This document shows, piece after piece, positions 49,740-58,252 of a DNA stretch of 64,000 nt (within the stretch, counting starts at the first letter, position 1; each line of letters begins with the position of its first letter). The stretch covers positions 1-64,000 of IMG/VR virus record IMGVR_UViG_3300002055_000003. One strand, given 5' to 3'. The translations under genes were made by a program, and so were the position numbers. The stretch comes from a virus. Lineage: Duplodnaviria > Caudoviricetes. The notes beneath the pieces are model-generated. The model saw nothing but the letters and a program-made list of their open reading frames with translations, was not told the origin of the DNA and ran no database searches.

Positions 49740-50497
49740 AAGATGAAGGTTTAAATTATTATTACGATAAACAAATAAAGAAATTGGTAGTGCAATTTTT
49801 GGCTATATTCACAGGTCTGAAGGTGTCTTCTGGTAAGACAAACGAACTTGGTGAAAGGTTTATCGATGTGCAGGTTAAGAACGGGAGTTCTGATCGAGTA
49901 GTTGCGTCTATCATTAATAAAAACACACAAAATGCACCAGTGCGAGTTCCTGTAATTGCTGGCACTCTAGTAAACATAGATTTAGCACCAGAACGTAGGC
50001 ATGGTACTGGAGTGGAAAGAAAGTTTACACAATTTCCTTCTGGTGGCAACTTCCCAGAAGATTTAAAAACAGTTACACAAAGAATGCCAATACCTTATAA
50101 TGCTCAGTTTGAAATGAATATGTTTGCATCATCAACAGAGCAACATTATGAAATGTTAGAGCAGATATTATTAATGTTTGATCCAACTCTTGAGTTGTAT
50201 ACATCCGATGAATATGCAGATTGGACTCGTTTGAAAATGTTAGAATTGATTAATATTTCATTTGATGAAAGCATCCCCGGTGTTGATCGCCGTATTATCC
50301 AAACTACTATGACATTTAGAGCGCCTATATATCTTTCATTACCTTCTCAAGTACGAAATAATTTTATATCTTCTATACGAATGCGAGTCGGCGCTGTTAA
50401 TGATTTTTATCCAATAGAAGATGCTTTGAGTCAATTAGATCAAGATGGCATTGAATACGAAACAATCGCTAGCCTTCAGAATTTAGTGCTTGATTGA
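49736..50497 (+). CDS. gp15: Tail terminator/sheath stabiliser, T4 gp15-like
   Basis: YYYDKQIKKLVVQFLAIF, RMPIPYN, EQILLMFDP, RRIIQTTMTF. Confidence 0.88.
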   Translation: MKDEGLNYYYDKQIKKLVVQFLAIFTGLKVSSGKTNELGERFIDVQVKNGSSDRVVASIINKNTQNAPVRVPVIAGTLVNIDLAPERRHGTGVERKFTQFPSGGNFPEDLKTVTQRMPIPYNAQFEMNMFASSTEQHYEMLEQILLMFDPTLELYTSDEYADWTRLKMLELINISFDESIPGVDRRIIQTTMTFRAPIYLSLPSQVRNNFISSIRMRVGAVNDFYPIEDALSQLDQDGIEYETIASLQNLVLD

Positions 50498-50816
50498 TAT
50501 TTTGTGAGTCTAAGCCACCACATTCTCTAGAGCAGTATGCAGAAAATTTATTATTGTACTTACTTCCATTGAGCGTCATCTTACATGGCTTTTCACATCT
50601 CTTACACAATGGTTGCTCATTTATATCTTGAATGATGCATTGAAGTCTAGCCTTAATCGGGGCATCGTACTTAAGAAAACAGGTGTCCTCTACAATATGT
50701 TGTAAGTATTCTGGGTTGTTATACATGATGTACTTGAACCTTGGGTTCAACCTTAGCTTACCCGATTTTTTGAGGATTACGTTTAACTCTATTAATTTCT
50801 CTTTCAAATCCTGCAT
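50469..50816 (-). CDS. Small Zn-finger-like protein (paralogue B)
   Basis: PLCKRC...YCSREC; aligns with 40845..41198. Confidence 0.65.
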   Translation of the reverse strand: MQDLKEKLIELNVILKKSGKLRLNPRFKYIMYNNPEYLQHIVEDTCFLKYDAPIKARLQCIIQDINEQPLCKRCEKPCKMTLNGSKYNNKFSAYCSRECGGLDSQNINQALNSEG

Positions 50817-50820
50817 TTCT

Positions 50821-50841
50821 TAGGGTTTCCGTTATTAAATT
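50821..50841 (+). promoter_or_regulatory. Conserved 21-bp motif, copy 2 (TAGGGTTTCCGTTATTAAATT)
   Basis: Upstream of the sheath late promoter at 50865. Confidence 0.55.
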
Positions 50842-50899
50842 ATTTATGTTTTAAAACAAATGACTAAATAACAGTATAAATTTCTTGGAGAATAAGAAC

Positions 50900-53344
50900 A
50901 TGACATTAGTATCACCCGGCGTCGAAACGTCCATCATTGACGACAGTCTTTTTGTACCAAACGCATCTAGTTTAGTACCACTATTTTTCATCGCAACACA
51001 AGACGAAAAAATTCGTTCAAATGGTGAACCTGCTGCTGGAACCTTTGAAGATTCAGTCGTTCGTAGTATAACATCTTTACGTCAATCAATCAATTTTTAT
51101 GGTGAGCCAGTATTCCTAACCGATAGTGCTGGAAATCAGCAACACGGTGATGCTCGAAATGAATATGGTCTTATGGCAATGAATCAATATCTCGGCATCG
51201 GTAACGGCGCATTTGCTGTTCGTGCAAAGGTAAACTTAAATGATAGTCTTGATGATATTCAGGCTCAGTGGGATACTAAATCTGACGATGCTTCTGTTGT
51301 TATTCAAAATCTAGTTCAAAATTATATCAACAACGTAAACCTAGCAAACGGAATTACAACTGATGGTGCTAGCGTACTAGCTAATGTTAGTAATCGAATT
51401 CCTGCAACTCAGAATCAAACTCAAGCAGAATTTGATAGCGTACTTCCTTATGGTAGTGCATCAGTTGGAACCGCAGCCGTTGGTGGACCAGTAAACTTCG
51501 CCATTGGTGATGTAATTACTTTTACAAACGGTATGGTTATTCGAATTGATTCGATTGATAGCCATGTAGGTTCAACTGGAACCGGTGAGCCAACTACTTT
51601 TACTGTAACATCACCCGGCACATCTGCTGGATTTATCGGTGTTGCATTAACCGTACAATCTATCGTAAATGCTGCTGGTGAGGATGCATTACTTGGTTCT
51701 CCTACTCTCCACCCAAATAATGTTGGTATCGAGCGTGATGGTTTTACTGTAACTCCACAACTTGCAAACTTTGAAACTTTTATTCAGACAGATGTTGATT
51801 TCCCCGGTTTTGTTGGTGGAAGTAATTATTCTGCTGGTGATATTATCACTTTAAACAACACTGCTCAGGTTAAAGTGGTAACTGTTGATGGTTCAGGCGC
51901 AGTATTGACATTCGCACTGATTTCACAAGGAAACGCTCTAGCACCGTCAACACTAAATGCTATTTCAGTTTCTCCTGCGAATCCAGTAACACCACAGACA
52001 GGCTTTGCAATTACTGTTGCAACTACTAATCTAGAAACTCAAAAAACTACAGTTAATGGTGAAGAACTAAAAACTCTAGTATCAGATGCTACTAATTTTA
52101 TCTTTGATGAAGACGAGGGTGTTTATGCTTTCCGCAATCTAGCAGATGATTTCTTCACTGCAAAAGATGATGTTGATCCAACCAAGCCAACCTCTCTTGA
52201 TATTTTTACCAACGGTTTTGATTTTGCTGCATCAGGTGACAAGTTCATTGGTTTTGATGGTTCAGTTGATCTTGGTGTTGCTGCTGCTAATGCTGCTGGA
52301 AATGCAGTTATTGATGCATGGACACCAGCCGAAGCGTCTGATCTATTTGGTGAAGTAGCTGCAAACTTTAAGTTTACTGTTTCTTTCTTAAACAAGACAT
52401 CACTTGGTGCAAATGATGCTGCACGTCGAGTTAGCATTGTCGCTGCTCTACAGTCTGCAATCGTAAGCAACACTGATGTTCGATCAGAAAACTTTCAATT
52501 TAATGTTATTGCATGTCCGGGTTATCCTGAAGTTGTTGATGAACTTCTAGCACTTTCTGCGGATCAGAAGGGTGAAGCATTGGTTGTTGCTGAAACACCA
52601 CCAAATCTTTCTCCTGAAGCTGTTACTAACCCAACAAATGGTTGGGCGACTACTACTGCTCGTCAAAACAGCACTGATGTTGCTTATTATTATCCTTGGT
52701 GTCTAGCAGCGAATCTTGATGGGTCTAATGTACTAACTGCCCCATCTGGTGTCGCAATTCGTCAAATGGCCTACAATGATAATATTTCATATTTGTGGTT
52801 TGCACCAGCCGGTGTAAATCGTGGTCTTCTAACTGGCGTTACTGATGTTGGTTATGCGTCCGGTGTTCTTGGAGTCGGTAACACATTCCAACCAGTTGCT
52901 CTAAATCAGGGTCAACGTGATGCTCTTTATCAGGATGTTCCAAGTGGTCGAATCAACCCAATCGTATTCCAGCCGGGTCGTGGTATCGCTCTAATGGGTC
53001 AGAAGACATCTTCACCAACTACCAGCGCATTGGATCGTATTAACGTTGTTCGATTGACTATGCACGTTCGTAGGCAGTTGAGATTATCTACTGTAGGGTT
53101 CTTATTTGAACCAAATGACCAACGAACTCGTGATAATGTGAAGGCTTTGGCAGATAATTTTCTCGGAACAATTTTGACTAATCGCGGTATTGTTGACTTT
53201 TTAACAGTTTGTGATGAATCAAATAACACTGCTGATGTGGTTGATCGGTCAGAATTAATTTTAGACATCCTAATTAAACCTCAAAAGAGCGTCGAATTTA
53301 TTTCCATCCCAATTAGAATTGTATCTCAAGGAGCTGAAATATAA
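50900..53344 (+). CDS. gp18: Contractile tail sheath, T4 gp18-like, with inserted domains
   Basis: LVSPGV start, WFAPAGVNRG, RINPIV, GQKT, ALDRINVVRL, FLFEPND, PQKSVEFI. Confidence 0.96.
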   Translation: MTLVSPGVETSIIDDSLFVPNASSLVPLFFIATQDEKIRSNGEPAAGTFEDSVVRSITSLRQSINFYGEPVFLTDSAGNQQHGDARNEYGLMAMNQYLGIGNGAFAVRAKVNLNDSLDDIQAQWDTKSDDASVVIQNLVQNYINNVNLANGITTDGASVLANVSNRIPATQNQTQAEFDSVLPYGSASVGTAAVGGPVNFAIGDVITFTNGMVIRIDSIDSHVGSTGTGEPTTFTVTSPGTSAGFIGVALTVQSIVNAAGEDALLGSPTLHPNNVGIERDGFTVTPQLANFETFIQTDVDFPGFVGGSNYSAGDIITLNNTAQVKVVTVDGSGAVLTFALISQGNALAPSTLNAISVSPANPVTPQTGFAITVATTNLETQKTTVNGEELKTLVSDATNFIFDEDEGVYAFRNLADDFFTAKDDVDPTKPTSLDIFTNGFDFAASGDKFIGFDGSVDLGVAAANAAGNAVIDAWTPAEASDLFGEVAANFKFTVSFLNKTSLGANDAARRVSIVAALQSAIVSNTDVRSENFQFNVIACPGYPEVVDELLALSADQKGEALVVAETPPNLSPEAVTNPTNGWATTTARQNSTDVAYYYPWCLAANLDGSNVLTAPSGVAIRQMAYNDNISYLWFAPAGVNRGLLTGVTDVGYASGVLGVGNTFQPVALNQGQRDALYQDVPSGRINPIVFQPGRGIALMGQKTSSPTTSALDRINVVRLTMHVRRQLRLSTVGFLFEPNDQRTRDNVKALADNFLGTILTNRGIVDFLTVCDESNNTADVVDRSELILDILIKPQKSVEFISIPIRIVSQGAEI

Positions 53345-53368
53345 TAGACTAGTTCACAAAAAAGCAAT

Positions 53369-53395
53369 AAAAGCCACCTTACGGGTGGCTTTTTT
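53369..53395 (+). terminator. Intrinsic terminator after the sheath gene
   Basis: AAAGCCACC-ttacg-GGTGGCTTT-TTT. Confidence 0.92.
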
Positions 53396-53421
53396 GTTTG
53401 TATTAAAATATAATATGTGCT

Positions 53422-54399
53422 ATGCCAAAAAAACTAACACAAGAAGAATTTAATTCTCGAATGAAGGGTAAGAACATTACTGTTCTAAGTCCATACGTGA
53501 ATTCTAGTACACATGTAAAGTGTGTATGTGATGTATGCGCGTATGAATGGTCAACAAATCCAAACAAATTAATGTCTGGTGGAAGTAATGGAACCGGAAC
53601 TGGGTGTAGAAAATGCAGTGGGTATCTAAAATTAACACACGATGAATTTTTAGAAAAAATGGTTGGTAGAAATATCACAATTCTTTCTAAATATAAAGCA
53701 GTCAATAAGCATGTTAAATGTTCATGTGATATATGTTCTTACGAGTGGTCAACAACACCAAATTCATTAACGAGTACTAAAAACCCAACTGGTTGTCCCA
53801 ACTGCTATGGTAATATAAAATCAACACATGAAGAATTTCTTGAAAAAGTAAAAGGCCGAAACATAGAAATTCTTACTCCATATACCAACAGTAAAACAAA
53901 AGTAAAGGTTCGTTGTGAAATAGATGGTCATGAATGGTGGGCAATACCCAACAATCTAATCCCTCCAAGAAAAAACTCGAAGCGTCGTGCGACTGGTTGC
54001 CCTCGGTGTGGACTATCTAATAAAAGTGAAACTAAAATAGCATCATATCTATCTGAAGCATTGAATATCGAAGTGGTTCAAGGCACTCATCCAATAGAAT
54101 ATACTGAGGGCGACGGTCGTAATTATCCACTTCAGATAGATATATTAATACCAGAATTAAACATTGCGGTAGAATATGATGGGTATCAGCACTATACATA
54201 TCCAAACTTTTATCACAAAACAAAAGATGCATATGATGCATTATTGAAGCGTGATAAGTTTAAAAATTCGTGGTGTGAATCTAATGGTATAAAATTAATT
54301 CGAATCAAAGAATCTGAATTTAATGTTGGTTTAAAATTAGAAGATCAACAAGAATTTCTCGATAATTTAGTTGAAAATATAAAAAGTTGCGTTTTGTAA
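53422..54399 (+). mobile_element. Free-standing putative homing endonuclease: three Zn-ribbon repeats plus Vsr/DUF559-like nuclease
   Basis: C-x2-C-x-YEWSTxP...GC-x2-C repeats; IDILIPELNIAVEYDGYQH. Confidence 0.78.
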
Positions 54400-54426
54400 T
54401 GGATAACACAACTAATAAATACTTTC

Positions 54427-55881
54427 ATGCCAGATTACAGAAACATAGCATGTCCACGTAGCACAGCCAAAGAGTCTCAACTTCAAGCAAAGAAGAAGAC
54501 TCTGTTTGATGCTGCCGGTAGTATCGGTAAGTTGGAATTCTTAAACGACGAAGGTGTTGGTGGTGGCTCAATTCGAAAAGCATTAGAAACGGTTGCTGTT
54601 TCATCAAACGCAATTCGTGTTGGAGATACGTACACTGATACTTCAGGGTTATTAGATGAATCTGGTGGCGGTTTAATGGAATCTATGGAATTGGGCGGTT
54701 CTGTTCAATCCGCAGTTGCAGCCTTTGATCCAAATGCTGTTAATGGTGCGGTCGGTGCATCAAAAGCGATAGTTGCGCGTGCGCGACAGGGTAATTTCAC
54801 AATGGATGATATTCCCACCGCTATTGGAGAATTCAAGAACATTGCACTAATTGCAACTAAAATATTTAAGCCACCATTATCTGGTGAAAATGGCAATGAT
54901 TATCAAAAGTTTCGTTGTAGACCATCACCCTATGCAACAGATTTAGTCCATAGAGCACCAAAACAAAACTTCCAATTCGTTGTTGAGATTGCACTCAATC
55001 CAGCTTATCTTGAGAGTTTTATTTTAGTACAATCTAGAATTGAAGAACAGTTTTTAAATAGTACAGTAAGAAATAGTGTTGCAAACGGTCTTAGTGAATC
55101 AGATCGACAGAAAATCGTAGCTAATAACGTAAAAGAAACAACAGTTCAATTACCTGCTCAACTTTCATTTCTTATAAAATCTACATCACGTCCTTCCGCA
55201 ACATTTGAATATGAAGATTTAAACTATTATAATTTTCGAACCAAAGGAATTCGAAAAGCTACTTTCAATCCAGTCACAATGACGTTCATTGATGATCAAT
55301 TGAACTCTGCCGCTGCATTCTATGCATTTTATCTATCTGCCATGTCACCAATTGCGAATACATTTCATAGTCGAAATGAAAATAGTATGGTTCGCAAAAA
55401 TCACGAGCAAAATGGTATGGATTTTACTAACTACAAAGAACGACAGCAGGAAAGTACAGGAGCTTCTAATACATTTCCTGCATATGCAGCCACTGTTGGA
55501 GCATTAAAGCCACTAAATCAAGCAGAGAGCAATAGAACAAAATCAATTATTGACAGGATTTCAATATATCAATATGGAAAAAGTGGAAATACCTTTAGTG
55601 CATATAATATGTTTTCACCAAGAATTGTAACATTCAATCCATCCGAAGCTAACATGGCAGATTCTGGTGAGGGTCAGACACTAGCAATGGATATTGATTA
55701 TGATTATTTCACAATTCAACCAGAAATTAATATTGGTGGTGATGAAATGACTGCTGATGCCGCTGCGAAACTAACAGGTGAAGATGCTGGAGCATTCTTT
55801 CCGAATCGATATTTCGGCGATAATCAACCAACCACCGATAGAATCGTATCTTCTGGTAGTTCACAAACTATCTCATCATAA
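54427..55881 (+). CDS. Tail-tube-fold baseplate protein (gp54-like)
   Basis: LSFLIKSTSRPSATFEYEDLNYYNFRTK...FNPVTMTFIDD resembles the gp19/gp54 tube fold; late promoter at 54416. Confidence 0.55.
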   Translation: MPDYRNIACPRSTAKESQLQAKKKTLFDAAGSIGKLEFLNDEGVGGGSIRKALETVAVSSNAIRVGDTYTDTSGLLDESGGGLMESMELGGSVQSAVAAFDPNAVNGAVGASKAIVARARQGNFTMDDIPTAIGEFKNIALIATKIFKPPLSGENGNDYQKFRCRPSPYATDLVHRAPKQNFQFVVEIALNPAYLESFILVQSRIEEQFLNSTVRNSVANGLSESDRQKIVANNVKETTVQLPAQLSFLIKSTSRPSATFEYEDLNYYNFRTKGIRKATFNPVTMTFIDDQLNSAAAFYAFYLSAMSPIANTFHSRNENSMVRKNHEQNGMDFTNYKERQQESTGASNTFPAYAATVGALKPLNQAESNRTKSIIDRISIYQYGKSGNTFSAYNMFSPRIVTFNPSEANMADSGEGQTLAMDIDYDYFTIQPEINIGGDEMTADAAAKLTGEDAGAFFPNRYFGDNQPTTDRIVSSGSSQTISS

Positions 55882-55883
55882 TC

Positions 55884-56327
55884 ATGTCAACCACCTCTAA
55901 GGGATTTTATACTCCAGAAAATCCTGAAAAATATATCGGCAATTTGAATGACATACGATTTATGTCTAGTTGGGAATTAGATGTTCATAAATTTCTAGAC
56001 AAGAATGATAATGTACTTCGGTGGGGTTCAGAAATTGTCGCAATTCCCTATTATAAGCGTGCAACAGGTCGAATGCACAAGTATTATACGGATTACTATG
56101 TTAAATACCAAAATAGACATGGTAAAATTATAGAGGAATTATGGGAAGTCAAACCCCATGCACAGACAAAAGAACCAAAGATGACTAAAAGAAAGAAACA
56201 ACAAACTTTTTTGTATGAACAGGCCATGTACCAAACTAATGTAGATAAATGGACAGCAGCACAGGACTTCTGTAATAAAAAAGGAATACAGTTTAGAATA
56301 TTGACAGAAAAGGATATCTTTATTTAA
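55884..56327 (+). CDS. gp4: Head completion nuclease, T4 gp4-like (TnsA fold)
   Basis: FYTPENPEKYIG, SSWE, WGSE...IPY, HKYYTDY, EVKP, FRILTEKDI. Confidence 0.9.
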   Translation: MSTTSKGFYTPENPEKYIGNLNDIRFMSSWELDVHKFLDKNDNVLRWGSEIVAIPYYKRATGRMHKYYTDYYVKYQNRHGKIIEELWEVKPHAQTKEPKMTKRKKQQTFLYEQAMYQTNVDKWTAAQDFCNKKGIQFRILTEKDIFI

Positions 56328-56340
56328 ACTAAATATAGAT

Positions 56341-56883
56341 ATGAATGACGATAAAATTAAAAACCATCCACTGGAAGAACTTTTGGAAATTGAAGCTGGT
56401 TCAACACCAACTGTCAATCCATTCATGTCTGAAGAAATTGAAGAACTTGAATTAGACACCGAAGAAGATGATGTTGATACTTCACTGGAAGAAGTTCTTG
56501 AAGATGCACCAATCATTGAAGAATTTTATGATCCGATTGATAAAAAGAATGAACAAAAATTTCAAAGTATCTATGATGCTGCAATGGATGCCTTTGGGCA
56601 GCAAGCTCAGGAAGCATCAATGGTCGAAGGAAGATTTCGTGCTAGAAATTTAGAAGTAGCAGCACAGTTTTTGCGCATCGGCTTAGATTCTGCAAAAGAT
56701 TCTGCACATCAAAAAGCAAATAAAGATAAGTTAAAAGTTGCACAGAAAAAGGCGAATAATAGTTCAACAGCAACACAGAACAATTTTTTCTTGGGCGATA
56801 GAAATGATCTACTTAAAAAATTAGCAGAAGTTGAGCAAAAAGACCCAAAGGTGATAAACGATTCTTCAGACCCATCTAATTAA
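56341..56883 (+). CDS. Probable small terminase subunit
   Basis: Acidic N-terminus, helical core (ARNLEVAAQFL), NNFFLGDRNDLLKKL tail; within the packaging cluster. Confidence 0.55.
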   Translation: MNDDKIKNHPLEELLEIEAGSTPTVNPFMSEEIEELELDTEEDDVDTSLEEVLEDAPIIEEFYDPIDKKNEQKFQSIYDAAMDAFGQQAQEASMVEGRFRARNLEVAAQFLRIGLDSAKDSAHQKANKDKLKVAQKKANNSSTATQNNFFLGDRNDLLKKLAEVEQKDPKVINDSSDPSN

Positions 56884-56960
56884 GTTAAAAAATCAGATTA
56901 TTAGAATCATCTTTGATAAATATTCTTTGTATTAAGAATGATATCGGAGATTGATATAAC

Positions 56961-57545
56961 ATGGCAACAATAAACGACTTCGGAATTCCCGGCGTAGGTG
57001 AAGGAATTCTACACCCAAAGCATAAGCAACGTTGGAGAGCATTCTTCGTTGGAATGGCTGGTGGTAGCTCTACACTTCCATTAAGTCACCAATTAGTTAC
57101 ATTTAAGCGCCCAACATTGAATTTTGAAAAAGTTCAGTTAGATCGATTTAATTCTCGTGCATTCGTTGCCGGTAAACACACAATTGAGCCACTTGATTTC
57201 GTTCTCGAAGATGATATTGCTGGAACAGCATCTCGTATTATTCAACAACAACTCCAGATTCAACAGTGGTTAACTGGTGCGGAAGGCCCATTTCTTGGCG
57301 CTGCTGCTGAAGGTTCACAATACAAGTTCGTAACACGTCTTGAAATGTTAGATGGCGGTCGTGATGATGAAGTAGTAGAGCGCATTACATGTGAAGGTTG
57401 CTGGTTAGAAAATGTAGATTACGGTGATGTAGATTATGCTTCGTCTGATGCAGTACAAATTACAGTAACAATGTCTCTAGATCATTTCCGTCAAGACCTT
57501 GGTGGTTATGGTGGACCCGGCTCTGCACTTGGTGGTCAGGGCTAA
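56961..57545 (+). CDS. gp19: Tail tube protein, T4 gp19-like
   Basis: LHPKHKQRWRAFF, FKRPTLNFE, GKHTIEPL, GCWLENVDYGDVDYASSDAVQITVTMSLD. Confidence 0.9.
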   Translation: MATINDFGIPGVGEGILHPKHKQRWRAFFVGMAGGSSTLPLSHQLVTFKRPTLNFEKVQLDRFNSRAFVAGKHTIEPLDFVLEDDIAGTASRIIQQQLQIQQWLTGAEGPFLGAAAEGSQYKFVTRLEMLDGGRDDEVVERITCEGCWLENVDYGDVDYASSDAVQITVTMSLDHFRQDLGGYGGPGSALGGQG

Positions 57546-57584
57546 TAACGATTTTTTCGTAGTATCTCCAAAGGTAGTATTAGA

Positions 57585-57608
57585 AAAGGCTCTTGAAAAA
57601 GAGCCTTT
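57585..57608 (+). terminator. Intrinsic terminator after the tube gene, overlapping the next promoter
   Basis: AAAGGCTCTT-GAAA-AAGAGCCTTT. Confidence 0.85.
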
Positions 57609-57621
57609 CTTCTTTTATACT
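57593..57621 (+). promoter_or_regulatory. Sigma70-type promoter for the terminase-ATPase paralogue
   Basis: TTGAAA-17 bp-TATACT; ATG 8 nt later, no SD. Confidence 0.7.
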
Positions 57622-57629
57622 GTATAGAT

Positions 57630-58226
57630 ATGTCAAATTTAAACAATATTTGCAATGTTAATTCATCGGCTATTTGCTTGAATGATACTCAAAAATCATT
57701 GATTAATTTCTTTGATAAACATGATCGTGGAATAATAGAAGTGACGCGCCAAGCGGGAACCAGCACAGCATTGAATGCATATATTGCATGGATTCTATTG
57801 ACACAAAAGAATAAAAATATTTTAGTAGTAGTACCAAATCATGGGTATAGAAGGAATTTTATGCAGACATTTTCTGATCACTTTACTAAAGTGGATACCA
57901 GTAATTTAATTCGATATAATACTGGTCTTGTTGAAAATTCCAGCACAAATTCTATATTACGCATAGAAACCGCCGCTGTAATGTATAATATTAAAGGTAT
58001 TACTTTAGATTATGTATTTTTTGATAATTTTTATAGCCAATCACTGGCGACAATTGATGACATTATGCAATCGATAAACCCAATGGTTAATGGGAAGATG
58101 CATTTAATCAATTCGTTGTATGTGTCGATCAATACTTTTACTAACCTACCATATTTCAAAAATTCAAATTTTGTTCTTTGGGATGATGACTTTGAGCATA
58201 TAATTGACAAGTTAATAAAATTGTGA
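57630..58226 (+). CDS. Degenerate terminase-type ATPase domain protein (no nuclease domain)
   Basis: Q motif TQKSL, Walker A RQAGTST (Lys absent), KNILVVVPN, Walker B YVFFDN (Glu absent). Confidence 0.65.
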   Translation: MSNLNNICNVNSSAICLNDTQKSLINFFDKHDRGIIEVTRQAGTSTALNAYIAWILLTQKNKNILVVVPNHGYRRNFMQTFSDHFTKVDTSNLIRYNTGLVENSSTNSILRIETAAVMYNIKGITLDYVFFDNFYSQSLATIDDIMQSINPMVNGKMHLINSLYVSINTFTNLPYFKNSNFVLWDDDFEHIIDKLIKL

Positions 58227-58252
58227 GTTAAATTCTAGCCTAAATATTAATT

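Noticed and set aside
52123-52473. Antisense ORFs over sheath, capsid, portal and terminase genes (this and similar 60-130 aa track entries)
   Set aside because: Fully nested opposite well-supported genes; expected from codon bias; no promoters or SD.
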